Assembly: GCA_021613535.1 (NCBI GenBank)
Contig: CP075493.1
Coordinates: 5,146,001-5,210,000, forward strand
Direction: 5' to 3'
Source: Adineta vaga
Lineage: Eukaryota; Animalia; Rotifera
Length of the DNA stretch: 64,000 nt
Under the pieces are notes generated by a model. That model saw nothing but the letters and a program-made list of their open reading frames with translations, did not search any database and was not told the DNA's origin. Position 1 is the stretch's first letter; every line of letters begins with the position of its first letter. Made by a program: the position numbers and the translations under genes. This document shows, piece by piece, positions 13,448-26,511 of the stretch.

Positions 13448-14119
13448 ATTACATAAATTTATTTGAACATTGAAAATAGATAATTGACAAGAACGAATCT
13501 CGTTTGTATTATGTTACAGAAGATTTCTGAAATAACGATGTTGATCAGTTGTTCCCTCTTGAATTCGAAGGATTTCGATAATAGAAAAGTTACTGTTTGT
13601 TTTTGACTTTTCCTTCCTTTCTTTCTTTTGATCGATGCCAATCGAATTGAATCATTTCATTCACAAATATTGGTGATAAAGCCATTCATGAATGACAAAC
13701 AGATGGCGCTATATTTTTCAGTATCAAATACGTATTCTGTACTTCATAATTGGACTATTCATAATAGTTCTATGCAAAACAATTGATAAATCAATTATTA
13801 AACTTCTTTCTTTTTGCACATACTCACAAACTTCGAAAATTCAACATTTCAATAGTGATATGATAACCGGATTCCATTCATATTCTTGCATGTAATCAAT
13901 AGCATTTTCTTTCGATAGTTAAAAAAGATCCGTCATTTAAAAATTTAAGACAGGTCATGAATCAATAGGTTAAAGCAATTCTCATAACCATAAAAAAGTA
14001 TCGTAAATGAAAAACGTAAAATTCGCAGTGTATCAAAGAAATAGTCATACAGAAAAGTTTGATCTACTATGAATACGTCGTAACAAAGTTTTGTTAATAC
14101 AGTTCATAATGTATATTGC

Positions 14120-17100
14120 TTACGCACTATCAACATCATTTGATGATTCTGTCATTTGTAACAATTGATCTAGTTGACTTTCATAGTCTGATATTTCCAT
14201 CTGGTCTATCTCACCAGATGAATGAGCTATTTCAACAGCACGGAAAGCACAATTGGCAGCTTCTTCGTATCGTTCAAGACCTGTTAATGCCATTGCCATG
14301 TTACTATATGTCTTGGCCAACAAAGGATGGTTATTAGAGAGTGATTTAGACATAACCTGAACTGCTTTTTCAAAATACAGTAATCCTTCTTGGTACACTT
14401 TCATATCACAGAGAATTTTACCAAAAGAATTATATGTGGCACCTAATGACGGATCGTTAGGTGGAAGATATTTCTGCTGAATTTCCATCCCTTGGGTATA
14501 ATGTGAGAATCCAAGCAAGAAATCGTTCAGGAGAGTTTGTATTGGATTCTCATCGTCATCATCGTCATCAGAGGAGATTGTTGCTGTATTGTCTAATAGA
14601 AATAAGTTCTGCATGGTTTCGCAACCCTTTTTCATATATGAAATCGCCTTCAGCATATTTTCAGTGATTAAATCCTGATCAGTTGCATCGATATTGCTTT
14701 CGTAACACTTTGATCGAGTCAGTGGTGACGATTGTTGAATTTTTTGGAACAGTGTCTCAAAGTTTGACAGTCCAACTGACAAGCTTTTCATGAAAGCTCT
14801 AATGTCATTAGGATTGGCAAGGAGAGCATCTGACTGTGTGCGAGAAGATGATGTCAGTTTCTGTAGTGATTCAATCACATTCTTTATATGAGAAATACCT
14901 TCAGCCGAGTAATTTGAGCATTCTTGCATTGTGTGAGGATCACAACTAGATAACTGTAATAACTGTTGATTTTTTGAGATAAAATTTTGTTGAAGTTTAG
15001 CAGCATTCTCCAAACTGTTCAATGCATTTTTGTGATTGTTCATCAATTGGTTCACTATACCTATACGCGCGTGAAAATTACTGACAATTGGATGATCATG
15101 AGAAAGTGATGTCTGCATTATTGCTAGTCCTTTTTCAAAGTATGAGAGTGCTTTACGATAATTACCCAACGATTGATGACTATCTCCAATAGAAATATAA
15201 CAACAAGCCATGTGTGAATGATTATGTGGAAGAGATTTTTGTAGTATTGCAAGTGCTTTCTTGGAATAAGATAATGCTGTCTCACGATATCCACATGATC
15301 GATGAGCATCGGCCATATTAATATAGAGCATGGCAAAATCAGGATGATCAGATGGAAGAGACTTGTGAAATATTTCGAAGGTTTTCTTAAAATACGATAG
15401 AGCTGCTTCGTAATTGCCTGTTGAGTAATGTATTGAAGCAATATTGTGATAGATTGTAGCTAAAGTTGGATGATTTGTTGGAAGAGATTTGTGCAAGATT
15501 TTCAGCGTTTCTTCAAAGAATGATAGCGCCATTTTGAAATTTCTCATGAATTGATACACTAAAGCAGTATTGTTGTAACAAGTAGCTAAAAATGGATGAT
15601 CAAATGGAAGAGATTTGCGGTATATATTAAAAGCTTGCTCGAAATTGAACAATGCAGTCGTATAGTCACCCATATGTAAATGAACAACAGCAGTATTATT
15701 GTATATCGTACCGAATATTGGATTATCATGTGGAAAAATGTTTTGGTAAGTCTCAAGTGCTTTCTTCAGATGTTTTAATGCGCTCGAATACTCTCCGATT
15801 GACCGATGTGTTTCACCAATATTTATATTGACAAAAGTGCGAAATAACTCATCGATGTCGCAATCGTCATCGAATCTTGTTTGAATTAACATGTTAAATA
15901 TTTCTAGTGCACTTTCATATTTGCCGATTTTCATCATCAACATTCCCATCCGATGCCAACCGCCTATGAAGCCTATTTCTTCTCGCAAATAATCTGTCAA
16001 AGATTTCAAGTCAGGATCATTATCACTTGTCAATGCCAGGGAGATTTCCCATAAGCTATCTTGAATTTTAGTCAATTCACCAATTCGAAATACAGTGTGC
16101 ATTGAAAATAGAATTTCTTCTTCGTCGCCAAACTTGCTTAGATCGCATAGTGACACATATGGTGCAGAAGATATTGATGAATCAATTTCCATTCGAAATA
16201 GTACTCCATGCATATCAATATTTTGACGAGCACTCTCAGCAAACATGAGAGAAACCTTTCGATCCATACTTGTAGATAAGAAACTATTGAATGCAAACAA
16301 ACCACCTTTGTTGTTTCGTATTTTCTCAACATCAGTTGCCTTTAGTCCTTGTCCTCGATAAACAATCATCTTTGTCGTATGCGATACTTCTTCATGTCTC
16401 TGTTTGATTTCATCATGAAGATCACGAAGAAAGAAACCCATCTTGATCATCATTTCAGTGTCTTGAATGCGAAGAGCTTTGTTGAGTGTCGAATAGACGA
16501 ATGGTTCTTTTGTGTACCACCATATGGGTGAATGACGATCATAATATTTTTCGAACTGATGTAATGGTTGTGATCTAAAATCGTTCTGGTTGGGATGCTT
16601 GAGATAGAACTGTGTAAATGCTTGTCTTGCATTGTGATCATGTTCGATGTCGAGAATGATTTCTTTGATTAGTTGTGTATACATGAATGACTGATCTAGT
16701 TGATCAAGACTAGAAGTAGATGTGATGGACACGATACTGAAAGGCGCTTGATCAAATTGTTGACGAATAAGAGTTTGTCTTAGTGTTTCAATAATGACAT
16801 TGAAATTGGTGAATATTCCTTGTACTTTTTTGCATACCTTGACCTGTTGATCATTCAGGGTCAGTTCAGAATCTAAGATAAAGATCGACTTAAGCTGAGA
16901 AATATCTTCAAAAATAGAAACTAGTGGTTGCAGATGATGATTAGACATAATTAAGATCACGTGTTCATTAGCTATATCGGTGATAAAATCAATACATTCA
17001 TTTAGATCAGTGAATACATGAAATGAACCAGCAACTTCACGGAATTTATCAATGATATCATCTATATTTGAATGCGGGTGTTGTGCATTTAAGTTTAGCC

Positions 17101-17302
17101 AGATAACAATGACGTTTTGTATGGTCAAAGGATCTAATGTTCGATGTAAAGTGTCTTCAGTTTGTGACTTATTTGCTTTATCTGCCGAAAGATCAGATAT
17201 AAGATTTGTCTGGTTTCTAATGATACTTTTTCGTGTGGACGTTATATTCTCATCATCGGACGAAGATACAATACTAAACTTGGATCGTTTCTCGCGCAGC
17301 AT
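14120..17302 (-). CDS. ADP-ribosyltransferase (R-S-E type) plus TPR-repeat protein with N-terminal receiver-like domain; intronless
   Basis: Open frame of about 1060 aa; VYRGQG, FNSFLSTS, DEEEILF catalytic motifs; 42-aa kinesin-light-chain-type TPRs (SLPxxHPxLATxYNN). First ATG at 17302. Confidence 0.9.
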   Translation of the reverse strand: MLREKRSKFSIVSSSDDENITSTRKSIIRNQTNLISDLSADKANKSQTEDTLHRTLDPLTIQNVIVIWLNLNAQHPHSNIDDIIDKFREVAGSFHVFTDLNECIDFITDIANEHVILIMSNHHLQPLVSIFEDISQLKSIFILDSELTLNDQQVKVCKKVQGIFTNFNVIIETLRQTLIRQQFDQAPFSIVSITSTSSLDQLDQSFMYTQLIKEIILDIEHDHNARQAFTQFYLKHPNQNDFRSQPLHQFEKYYDRHSPIWWYTKEPFVYSTLNKALRIQDTEMMIKMGFFLRDLHDEIKQRHEEVSHTTKMIVYRGQGLKATDVEKIRNNKGGLFAFNSFLSTSMDRKVSLMFAESARQNIDMHGVLFRMEIDSSISSAPYVSLCDLSKFGDEEEILFSMHTVFRIGELTKIQDSLWEISLALTSDNDPDLKSLTDYLREEIGFIGGWHRMGMLMMKIGKYESALEIFNMLIQTRFDDDCDIDELFRTFVNINIGETHRSIGEYSSALKHLKKALETYQNIFPHDNPIFGTIYNNTAVVHLHMGDYTTALFNFEQAFNIYRKSLPFDHPFLATCYNNTALVYQFMRNFKMALSFFEETLKILHKSLPTNHPTLATIYHNIASIHYSTGNYEAALSYFKKTFEIFHKSLPSDHPDFAMLYINMADAHRSCGYRETALSYSKKALAILQKSLPHNHSHMACCYISIGDSHQSLGNYRKALSYFEKGLAIMQTSLSHDHPIVSNFHARIGIVNQLMNNHKNALNSLENAAKLQQNFISKNQQLLQLSSCDPHTMQECSNYSAEGISHIKNVIESLQKLTSSSRTQSDALLANPNDIRAFMKSLSVGLSNFETLFQKIQQSSPLTRSKCYESNIDATDQDLITENMLKAISYMKKGCETMQNLFLLDNTATISSDDDDDDENPIQTLLNDFLLGFSHYTQGMEIQQKYLPPNDPSLGATYNSFGKILCDMKVYQEGLLYFEKAVQVMSKSLSNNHPLLAKTYSNMAMALTGLERYEEAANCAFRAVEIAHSSGEIDQMEISDYESQLDQLLQMTESSNDVDSA

Positions 17303-20300
17303 TTTTAATTTATTAAAATCAGTATAATGCACATTGTGACGAATAAAAATGCATTTGATAAATTCACCTGTATTTATATCTCAATAAACCGCCTATCTTT
17401 TACGTTAATAACCCTTAACATTTTATACAACTACACTTGATTTTATATATTTCTTTGTCTATTCATAGTTTTTGTTGTTGAGTTACTGATGCATATTATA
17501 CAACAGAGTTGGTAAAAAGACATCGTTGTTGGAATAAAAATTTGCTTTGCGTTCCTTCGTGAGTTTGCAATCCACATATATAATAAAAACAGCCGTGCTT
17601 TATCGTTTTCTTCGTCGATATACTTTCTGATTTATTTATGTCACAATAGACAAAACCATTGTCGTACGATTTACTTCTCATCGAAAAACTTCTATATATA
17701 TATATTACCTACATATGCAAATCTTCTTCGTTGAATAATACTGCACGATAAAAAACAAAATTTAAGATTTGTTCTTATAATCTACACCGTAATCTGTCAT
17801 CAATGATTCATTGAAATTTGAGTCAGTTCAACTTCATCTTAGTATATACAATTATAAAGTTCAATAAGCTTAAGATATTTCTATATAATCTCAATGTCAG
17901 TAATTTATCAAGTGTTGAAATTAATAATTATTGCAACTTTGAATACTAGGTCAAGTACATATCAACACAGATATCGAAAAAATTAAAATAAATTTTCACA
18001 GCAAAAAGAAAAGAGAATTCAGCACATCATCAATCAATAAGATTATTTGCAAATATTCAAGTCAATGTCCCAAAGCTTTTTTTTCTTCTCCTCTCTTTCT
18101 CTTCGATTATCAATACATATATATATATCGGATATCTATATAGTTAAAGAATATGTGTAGATCTTTTCAATGCAATCATTTGTATTGATAGACATCTGAT
18201 CTTTCTCAATGAAATACGAACAAAAATAAATATATCGATATCCAAGATCAATGAAAATGATTCTTTTCTTTTTTATTCTCTCTCTCTCTGTAATTTTTCT
18301 TTTAGAGAAATAACAAACTTACACATATATATATGAAAAGAAAACAACACGCTATTGCCTCAGAAAAGACAATAATAGAGAGTAAAAACATTCATCAGGA
18401 AAACATTATTTATGGACAAAAGGACACGGATGCGTCATCGAATATCAATGTTAGAACATAAGAAATATTTTCGTATTCTTCTTCTTACAATCAAAGAATC
18501 TTTTCTTGTCATCATCTAGTTTATTGACATAATACAGATGACATTTCTAACTAATAGATTTTCTATGTTGTTATTCATAATCAAAAAGATTAGAACTTCA
18601 ACAGTAAACATCATTTTTTGTCGGAAAAGAAAGAGGAACGTATTTTTTTATTTCTTTCTATACTCGTATTAGAGCGACCTCCAACAAGATTTACTTTATT
18701 CAACATTATTTGTTTAACAGGAAGAAACATTGTCAAGAAAATCGCTAGTTATATTGAATTTAGAAACTTTGGAATTTTTATTCATCTTAATTAGTTCATT
18801 AAAATAACAATTTATTCGATTGGTTATTTTACCGACTTAGTAATTATTCATTGCAGTCAATATTATTTTTTGACGTGATCAGACAGTTCTATTATATAGG
18901 TGTAATGATTGATAGATTCTTTTTTTTCATTTACAACTAAACACATTCGAAAAATGATCAATACCTTTTTACTATTATTGTCCAAAGAAAAGGAACAAAT
19001 CTTATCTATATTTAATGAAAAAAAGACACAATTCCTCCCTTTACTTTTCATGTGAAAACAAGTAGCATATTTTCCTCTCCTTTTCCTTCTTCTTCTTCTT
19101 CTTCGTCTTTCTTTCTCTCTCTCTCCCTTTCCTAAAGACACAGGTCGTAATATAAACAGATGTCCCTCATGTGTATTTGGTCGTCTGTACTCTCTTTTGT
19201 ATGAGAGATTGACCGTACCGGAAGAGAACAGCAACGACGATAGACATATAAAAAAGGAGAGCGAACAAATCATATTGTCAATTTTTTCTTCCTATTCTCT
19301 TTTTCTCTCTTCTTTTCAGGGTAATACAAAAAAAAAGAAAAAAACTAGGCGAAAAGAAGAAAGAAGCAGCCCATAGCCCAACATCATTATCGGCGACACC
19401 GCCACACGCGAAGCTCTCACCATCTTGCTTCGCAATCAGATCACTTACATTTATATATACATATATCGTCTGCGTCTTCTTCGTTGTCATCACAACGTTA
19501 TTTATTACCTCAAAATATAACTGCTTCTTAGTCATTTTTCTTTTCTCATCTTCTTACATTACATTCATTTACAATTATTAGCCTGTTGACAATATCCTCC
19601 GAACATCTCTCAATTAATCATATCGAAATTATAGAGACAGGTAAATGGATATCATAACTTTAAAAAGAACGAAAGAAAAGAAAAACGAACTGAATATATA
19701 ACGCATTCAATCCTTACTACCATAAACTATGGTAATAATTCTTTAATATAACATGACCTTCTTGTTCATCATCATCGTCATCATTCTTCTCATGAATAAA
19801 TGCCATTGATTCTTTCTTGTTTTCTTGTTCTGGTGAACGTGAACAGGCATTTCTTTTTCGAGAAGGAAATACTTGTACATACATGTTGTATTGAGGTAGT
19901 AAGCTGAGAAAAGAGAATGAAGAAGCGAGGAAAAAGAGAATCGGAAAGAAGAAGAAGAAAAAGGCCAAAAATATGTATGTGTCTTTCTCTATATGTACAA
20001 TTAATCCTCTAGTAACAGTTATCCCATTCATACGACCATATGTAGTCGAGCTTTGTCATCATCATCATTATCATCATCAACTTTTGCTTTTCATCAATTG
20101 TCCTATAGAAATGAAAAAATGAACGAAAGTATCGATAGAAAGTGAAGGTTAAAATCAAGAATAGAGAGAGAGAGAGTGAAAGAAAGATCTCTAATTGATA
20201 TTTGTATATGTGTACATTTGCGTATACATCTATACTGACAAGTCTCATTAACTGAGAAGACCATAGATAGTATTCGTCATTCATCCGTGACCAATGTACA

Positions 20301-20373
20301 ATGTAGTTTGCATTTATGTTCGCGTAAAACATTTTTTCATCTCTTGTCGACTTGTAATTTGACAAGAATATAT

Positions 20374-22679
20374 ATGTCGTCCTTGTTGTTACAGGAGGAG
20401 GAGATGTTCTCGCTGCCAACTACACCTAATAACGCCACACCATCACCTCCGTCGTCGACCATAACGACGACGACAACAACAACACCCGTTTCAGCTCCTG
20501 TGGCATCCGCCGAGAAGACGCATGGAATTGCAATCGATGAGCCGTCGGCAAGTTTCTTTTTTAATTTTCTTTGTTACATTTGTTTATTTATATTTATTTA
20601 ATCAGGTGGCTCATCAAGCCATTCTATTTATTCTCGATGTGCTCATACGTAACAATCAAGCTATGCCTATTGTGAAGCTTTATGATAGCTTCGCTGATCG
20701 AACATTTACACCTCAAATGTTACGTGCTGTCGGTGGTAATGAGCAAGGATTACAACAATTCTTGCTTCGATATCCATCGTTATTTACTGTCAATAATGAT
20801 ACAGTTTCAGCTAATAGTGCAACACCCGTTCGCACGATCAATTCCTCCAAATCTCATCATTCGAAAACGAAATCGTCAGTTTTATCCGCCTCGACAAACG
20901 AGGCGAATGAATCTGCTCCTGGAACAGACATCATGACACTTTCGACAAGTAACAATAATGAAACAGTATGGGATGCAAAAACAATGCGTGAAATCGAACA
21001 AGAGGCAATTAATTTTTTTAAAAAGCAATTAAGCAAACGTGAGGAAGAATGGTTACCTATTGTTAGTGTTGCTGGACATGCTTCACAAGCAAGTGCTGAT
21101 GTTCGAAAATATGTTGGACCACAAAATGAATTTAAAATATTTCTTTCACGTTATCCCAATATATTTGTCGTACGAGAAGAATTTTGTGGTCTAAAAGTAA
21201 AAAATCAATTCAATTGAAAATAAATACAAATCATTTAATTTTTTAGGGTAAAGCAGATCTATCAGGTGTACCATTTCCACCTCCATCACCACCACCAAAA
21301 CGACGTGTAGCATTATTAAATAATAATATCATAAATACGAATGGAACAAATTTAATGTTAACACGTTCAACATCATTTAAAACCAATATACGACCAATTA
21401 TTGGTGGTTTAAATAATGGTTCAATGCCAAGTACACCAACTAGTAATATCAATCCATCGATGTTAATATCAACATCATCATCAGTTTCGTCATCATCAAC
21501 ACCAATACGAAATTCATCACAACGTTTAACACCTAACGAAGTTAAAGCTGTACATTATGTCATGCGTCTATTATATAAAAATGGCCATGTTTTACTTCAA
21601 AATGTTCCTGGATTAATTGCTCGTGCACCTGATCATCTTGCTCAATTGATCGGTTTTACACGTGAAGATTTAATCGTTTTCTTTAAACGACATAATGCAA
21701 TCTTTCAATTACATATCGATGGAACTGTTAGTGTTAAAACAGATGCTGTACGAGCATTATTAAATAAAAATGATAGTACACAAATTTCACCATCATCTAT
21801 TCAATTAGCTTCATCACAACAAACAACATCCATAACAGCATCAGGTGTTGTTATACGCATTTTTCCAAAATATGGTATTTTAAATATGGATAATAATGAA
21901 CAAGTCTTTTTCGATATACAATCATGTCATTTTGAAACATTTAATGATTTGACATGTGTTCTTAATTCCGGCGATTCGATGAATTTTAATGCAATACTTG
22001 GTCCAAAAGAAGGTAAATATACAATACATATATATATGTATCGATATTCAAGAGAGTTGTTTTTCTGTTTTTAAAAGGTTCAACGAAATGGAAATCATTA
22101 AAAACATGGCCACGTCAAAATAATCGTCCAGCTCAATTAATTACATCAACTAATTCCAATTCACCTTTATCACATATGGTCCATTCAATAAGTGCTAATA
22201 ATCTTTCATCGATCGCATCTGGCAATGGTGGTTACATCTCTCCACCATCCTATGAGCATTATACAACTATTCATCAACATCAAAATTCTATTCCGTCAAA
22301 CGGCTATGCACCTATTGATCAAGATTTAAATGCTTATCAAATGTCAATGGATAGCAATGGTGGGCTCGATGATTCATTTGATAATAATAATATTATTAAT
22401 GAAAATCAATCTCCACCAATTTCATTAACAAATTCGACCGGTTCAAATCGACATAGTCGTTTATTTCTACCACCAGTTGACGAAGAACAATGTCCATTAC
22501 CGAAAATGGCTGGTGGTCTCGATGCTGAAGTTCTTCGTCGAAATTTACAACAAGTCGCTCGACGTAAAAATGCCATCTCTTTACGTGAACAAGCCGATGA
22601 AACAGGTCGATATGTATCTCAAGGTTGTCAAACGACATCAACAGGAGAAATTCTAGCGACGAATATACATATCGAATAA
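20374..22679 (+). CDS. Egalitarian/LIN-66-like RNA-binding protein: three winged-helix (LOTUS-like) domains, cold-shock/OB-like domain, C-terminal QT motif; 4 exons
   Basis: FTPQMLRAVGGNEQGLQQFLLRYPSLF and LPIVSVAGHASQASADVR resemble the first two Egalitarian winged-helix domains as I recall them; SGVVIRIFPKYGIL...VFFD is CSD-like; ends VSQGCQTTSTGEILATNIHIE. Introns 20548-20605 (GC-AG), about 21197-21247 and 22013-22078. Confidence 0.75.
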
Positions 22680-22868
22680 ACAATGTTTCATTTTTCTTCG
22701 ATTTTGATTTCTTTTCTTACGTAGTTAGCATGTGTGTTTTTTTGCATTTCACATAAATTTTCGTTTGTTTTCTTTGATCTCTCTCTCTCTCTCTCTCTTT
22801 TCTTTCTTTCGACTTTTTATGATCTGGCAATCTGTCATTTCGTTTCTCTTCATCTTCTTTCTTGTTTT

Positions 22869-22902
<34 letters not shown>

Positions 22903-23038
22903 TAAAGATACGAGAAGAGAAGAAAAAGAGAAAAAAAATAACTAAGAATTTCCTCATTCATTCACAACATGGCACGTCCCCTTTTGTTGTTTCCGCTTCG
23001 AACATTTCCTTCGAACACTTGATTTGAATGTAAATCAA

Positions 23039-24930
23039 ATGATGAACACTTATCAATCGTTACTAATATTTGTCTTGATTTTATGTAAGTTCATTTCTCA
23101 ATGAATTTCTTCATCATTTGAGCATATGTATTCCACAGGTAAAAGTATTGATACAAGTGATATTGCCAAGAAATTATATGAAGATTTAATGCAGAATTAT
23201 GATAAACGAGTTAAACAATACTTCTTGCCGAGATGATCGATGATTCCATTCTTTTATCTTGATAGGTTCGACCGGTTATTAATGCAACCGAAACATTGAA
23301 TGTCGCAATTAGTTTAAGCGTATCACAATTAATTGATGTTGTAAGCAACAAGAATCAGATAGATTTCTCATTTATTTGTTTATTTGAGGATGAAAAAAAT
23401 CAAATTATGACTACGAATGTTTGGCTTAAACATGTAGGAAATGTTCACTATCTTTTCCGTTTATTCGATTTGAATCAATTAGGAATGGCGAGATTATCGA
23501 TTAACATGGAATCCCGCACTTTACGATAATATTTGTACAATGTATGTTCCATCAGAAGAATTATGGATACCTGACATTGCTCTATATAATAATGCTGATG
23601 GAAAATATCAAGTAACATTGAAGAGTAAGTTGATGAATCAAATGAAAAAAATGAAGTTTATTGATTTTATCATAATTAGCAAAAGCATCGGTTTATCCAA
23701 GTGGAGCGATCATTTGGGAACCACCAATGATTTATAAAAGTAGTTGTCCTATTAATGTTCAATATTTTCCATTTGGTGAGTTTCTAATTGTTTCGATATA
23801 TCTTGCCGTTCGTGTTTATTCATTCATATATAAATCATTTTTAGATGAGCAAAGTTGTTCTCTTAAGTTTGGTTCATGGACGTAAGTTTCTATCTATTCT
23901 TTCTCTTCCGTTCACTATTTCTCACTCATTCTTTAGTCACGATGGAAATCAAGTTAATTTAACTCATATTATTTACAAAAATCTCGAAGTAGCACGTAGT
24001 CATGATAATTATCGTCCACAAGGCGTTTTCTTTCGTGATTATTATCCAAATGGCGAATGGGATATTATTCGTGCACCGGCAATGCGTAATCAAAAGAAAT
24101 ATTCTTGTTGTTCTCAACCGTATTATGATATAACCTATGCACTTGTCTTAAAACGAAAAACATTATTCTATACCATACATTTAATAATTCCTTGTGTAGG
24201 AATTTCCTTATTGACCTTTATTGTTTTTTATTTACCGAGTCAATCGGGAGAAAAAATTGTTCTTTGTATAAGTATTGAATTAGCATTAACAGTGATCTTT
24301 CCATTATTGGCTGATTTAATACCATCAACATCGGTCATGATTCCATTATTAGGAAAATATCTCTTATTTATAATGATACTTGTATCATTATCAATTTTAA
24401 ATACAATTTTAATTCTTGCTATTTATTATCGCGAAGAAAATCAAAAGAAACAAATGCCTCAATGGATGAGATACTATTTTGTTGAAATTTTACCTCCATT
24501 TCTATTAATCACAGCACAAAAACCAATGAAAAATAAACACAATGTGAAAATTCAGTTGGATACATTTTTGAAATTACCTCAAGATAAATCACTTGATGCA
24601 GTTTTTTCACGAATGTTAGAAAAATTACTTCATCTAGGTGAAATCGAAAGAATTTTTTCAAAATTTGATACAGTTGTAATCAAAAATAAGGTAGAAGACA
24701 ATGAAACATTAACAATGTATTCATATTGTTCTTTCCTATTCATTTAGAATGCACGTGACTGGCATCAGATTTCAATTGTCATCGATCGTATTCTCTTGAT
24801 TATTTTCACGACTGTTTCATTAACAGGAACAATTTCAATTCTTGCACAACGAAAACCAAATGTTGCAGCAATAGTTGATTTAACAAATCTTGATCAAGGT
24901 GTTTTTAATGCTTGTAATTACAAACAATAA
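23039..24930 (+). CDS. Nicotinic acetylcholine receptor alpha-type subunit, multi-exon
   Basis: VRPV, DEKNQIMTTNVWL, LWIPDIALYNNADG, Cys-loop CPINVQYFPFDEQSC, vicinal cysteines YSCCSQPY, M1-M3, M4 exon WHQISIVIDR. Confidence 0.93.
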
Positions 24931-25156
24931 TATTTGAATAAAACTTTTCTATTTTAATCTTCTCACTTTCAAATGATCAAAATGCGAAGTTCAATCTAAA
25001 GGTCAGACAGATTAGACCATAAAACTAATATACAATAGTCATGCTTTGATATATAATTAACGAATCATTCAATGACAAATATATATTTCAACTATCAATG
25101 TATCAAAAACTAATCTATTTTCTTTGGAAATCTTAATGTTCGTAGAATTTTGTTGT

Positions 25157-26511
25157 TTAACGACTTTTTAATTTAGTTAATGCTTTTGTTAACATAGTTG
25201 GACGTTTGTCTCCATCATTCTTGACGGTAGGTACTGGTTGACGAGTATCGGGTCTCAGTGGTACATGTGGATTACTACGAAAATAATCGTCAAATGGTTG
25301 AACAAGAAACTTAATATGTGTATTTTCATTAATGACTTCAACAAGACTATTATGTGACATTCTATCGGTTGATTGATGATTGATTTCACGTATAACATCA
25401 TTTTCTTTAAGACCACTACGTTCAGCTGGGCTACCACTTTCAATTCGTTGAATAATATAATAAACTTTATTATATTGTAAATGAAAACCAAATCCTTGAA
25501 AATCTGGTGAACGATGAATATTTACTTCACGTAAATTTTGATCAGTGCCCGATGATGATAGTACACTATTTTCTCCACGTAGTGGTTGTTGATTTGGAAT
25601 ACGATTCGGTACTTGACTATTAACTAATGGTGGTACTGTTGCGGTGTATGCTGGTGGATTTACAATGGGATTCGATTCATTATTCACTAGTTGCGGGGCA
25701 GAATTGTATGGTGGATTAGTAGGCACTCGTCCTGGATTTTGATTAACTAATAGTCAAATTGATGAAGAAAATTCTCTATAAAAATCAGAATCTAACCTGT
25801 ATTGTTAGTGTTGGGTGTTGGATTATTTTGTGTATTACGTAACATGACATGAGATGTACCCATACTTGGTACTGCACGAAGTGTTGATGTTGATTGTTGA
25901 TTTATTTGCTGTTCTTGATTAGTTATAGCCGAAAGTTCTTTTCGTGGACGATGTCGACGTTTTCGTCGTCGTTCACTATGACGAGGATAATATGGTTGTG
26001 ATGGATTTTTATCAGATATTAATATATATTCATTTGCATGACTTGATGGTGCAGCAATAATATGTAGTGTTGGATCAGAAAATAATGACTTAATATATCT
26101 ACAAATTTACAAAGTAAAGATTTTATGATATATAGGAAGTCAAACATACTTTTCCAAATCATGATCTATATGATTGGTCGATGTTGATGGATAGTGGTGA
26201 TTTCCATCGTCTAGTGAATAAGGTTTTGACTCATTGATAGCGCCGAGTATATTTGTCGATTCAATTGAAAGAGTTAATGTTTGAGCATTCGCAGCTGTTT
26301 GTACAAGTGTATTTTTTGCATGTTTTAGTAATAATGAGACTAATTGCCCATTAAAAGCTAATACTCGATCACCAGGTTGTATATTTGCTTCTGCTGCTGG
26401 CGAATTTGGTTCAATGGTAACAATATAGATTCCCGAAGGTATATCTTCTCCAATATAGATCCCAAAATTATGATGGTCTGCACGTTTTTGTAAAACAACA
26501 GTACGTGCCAT
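25157..26511 (-). CDS. Two-PDZ-domain scaffold protein (3 exons)
   Basis: PDZ1 NFGIYI...SPAAEANIQPGDRVLAFNG; PDZ2 GFGFHL...SPAERSGLKENDVIREIN. Confidence 0.88.

Noticed and set aside
17400-20370. ORFs of 60-136 aa (e.g. 18863-19273, 19717-20031, 20009-20419)
   Set aside because: Derived from (GA)/(CTT)/(CAT) microsatellites; better explained as promoter, 5' UTR and intron of the Egl-like gene.
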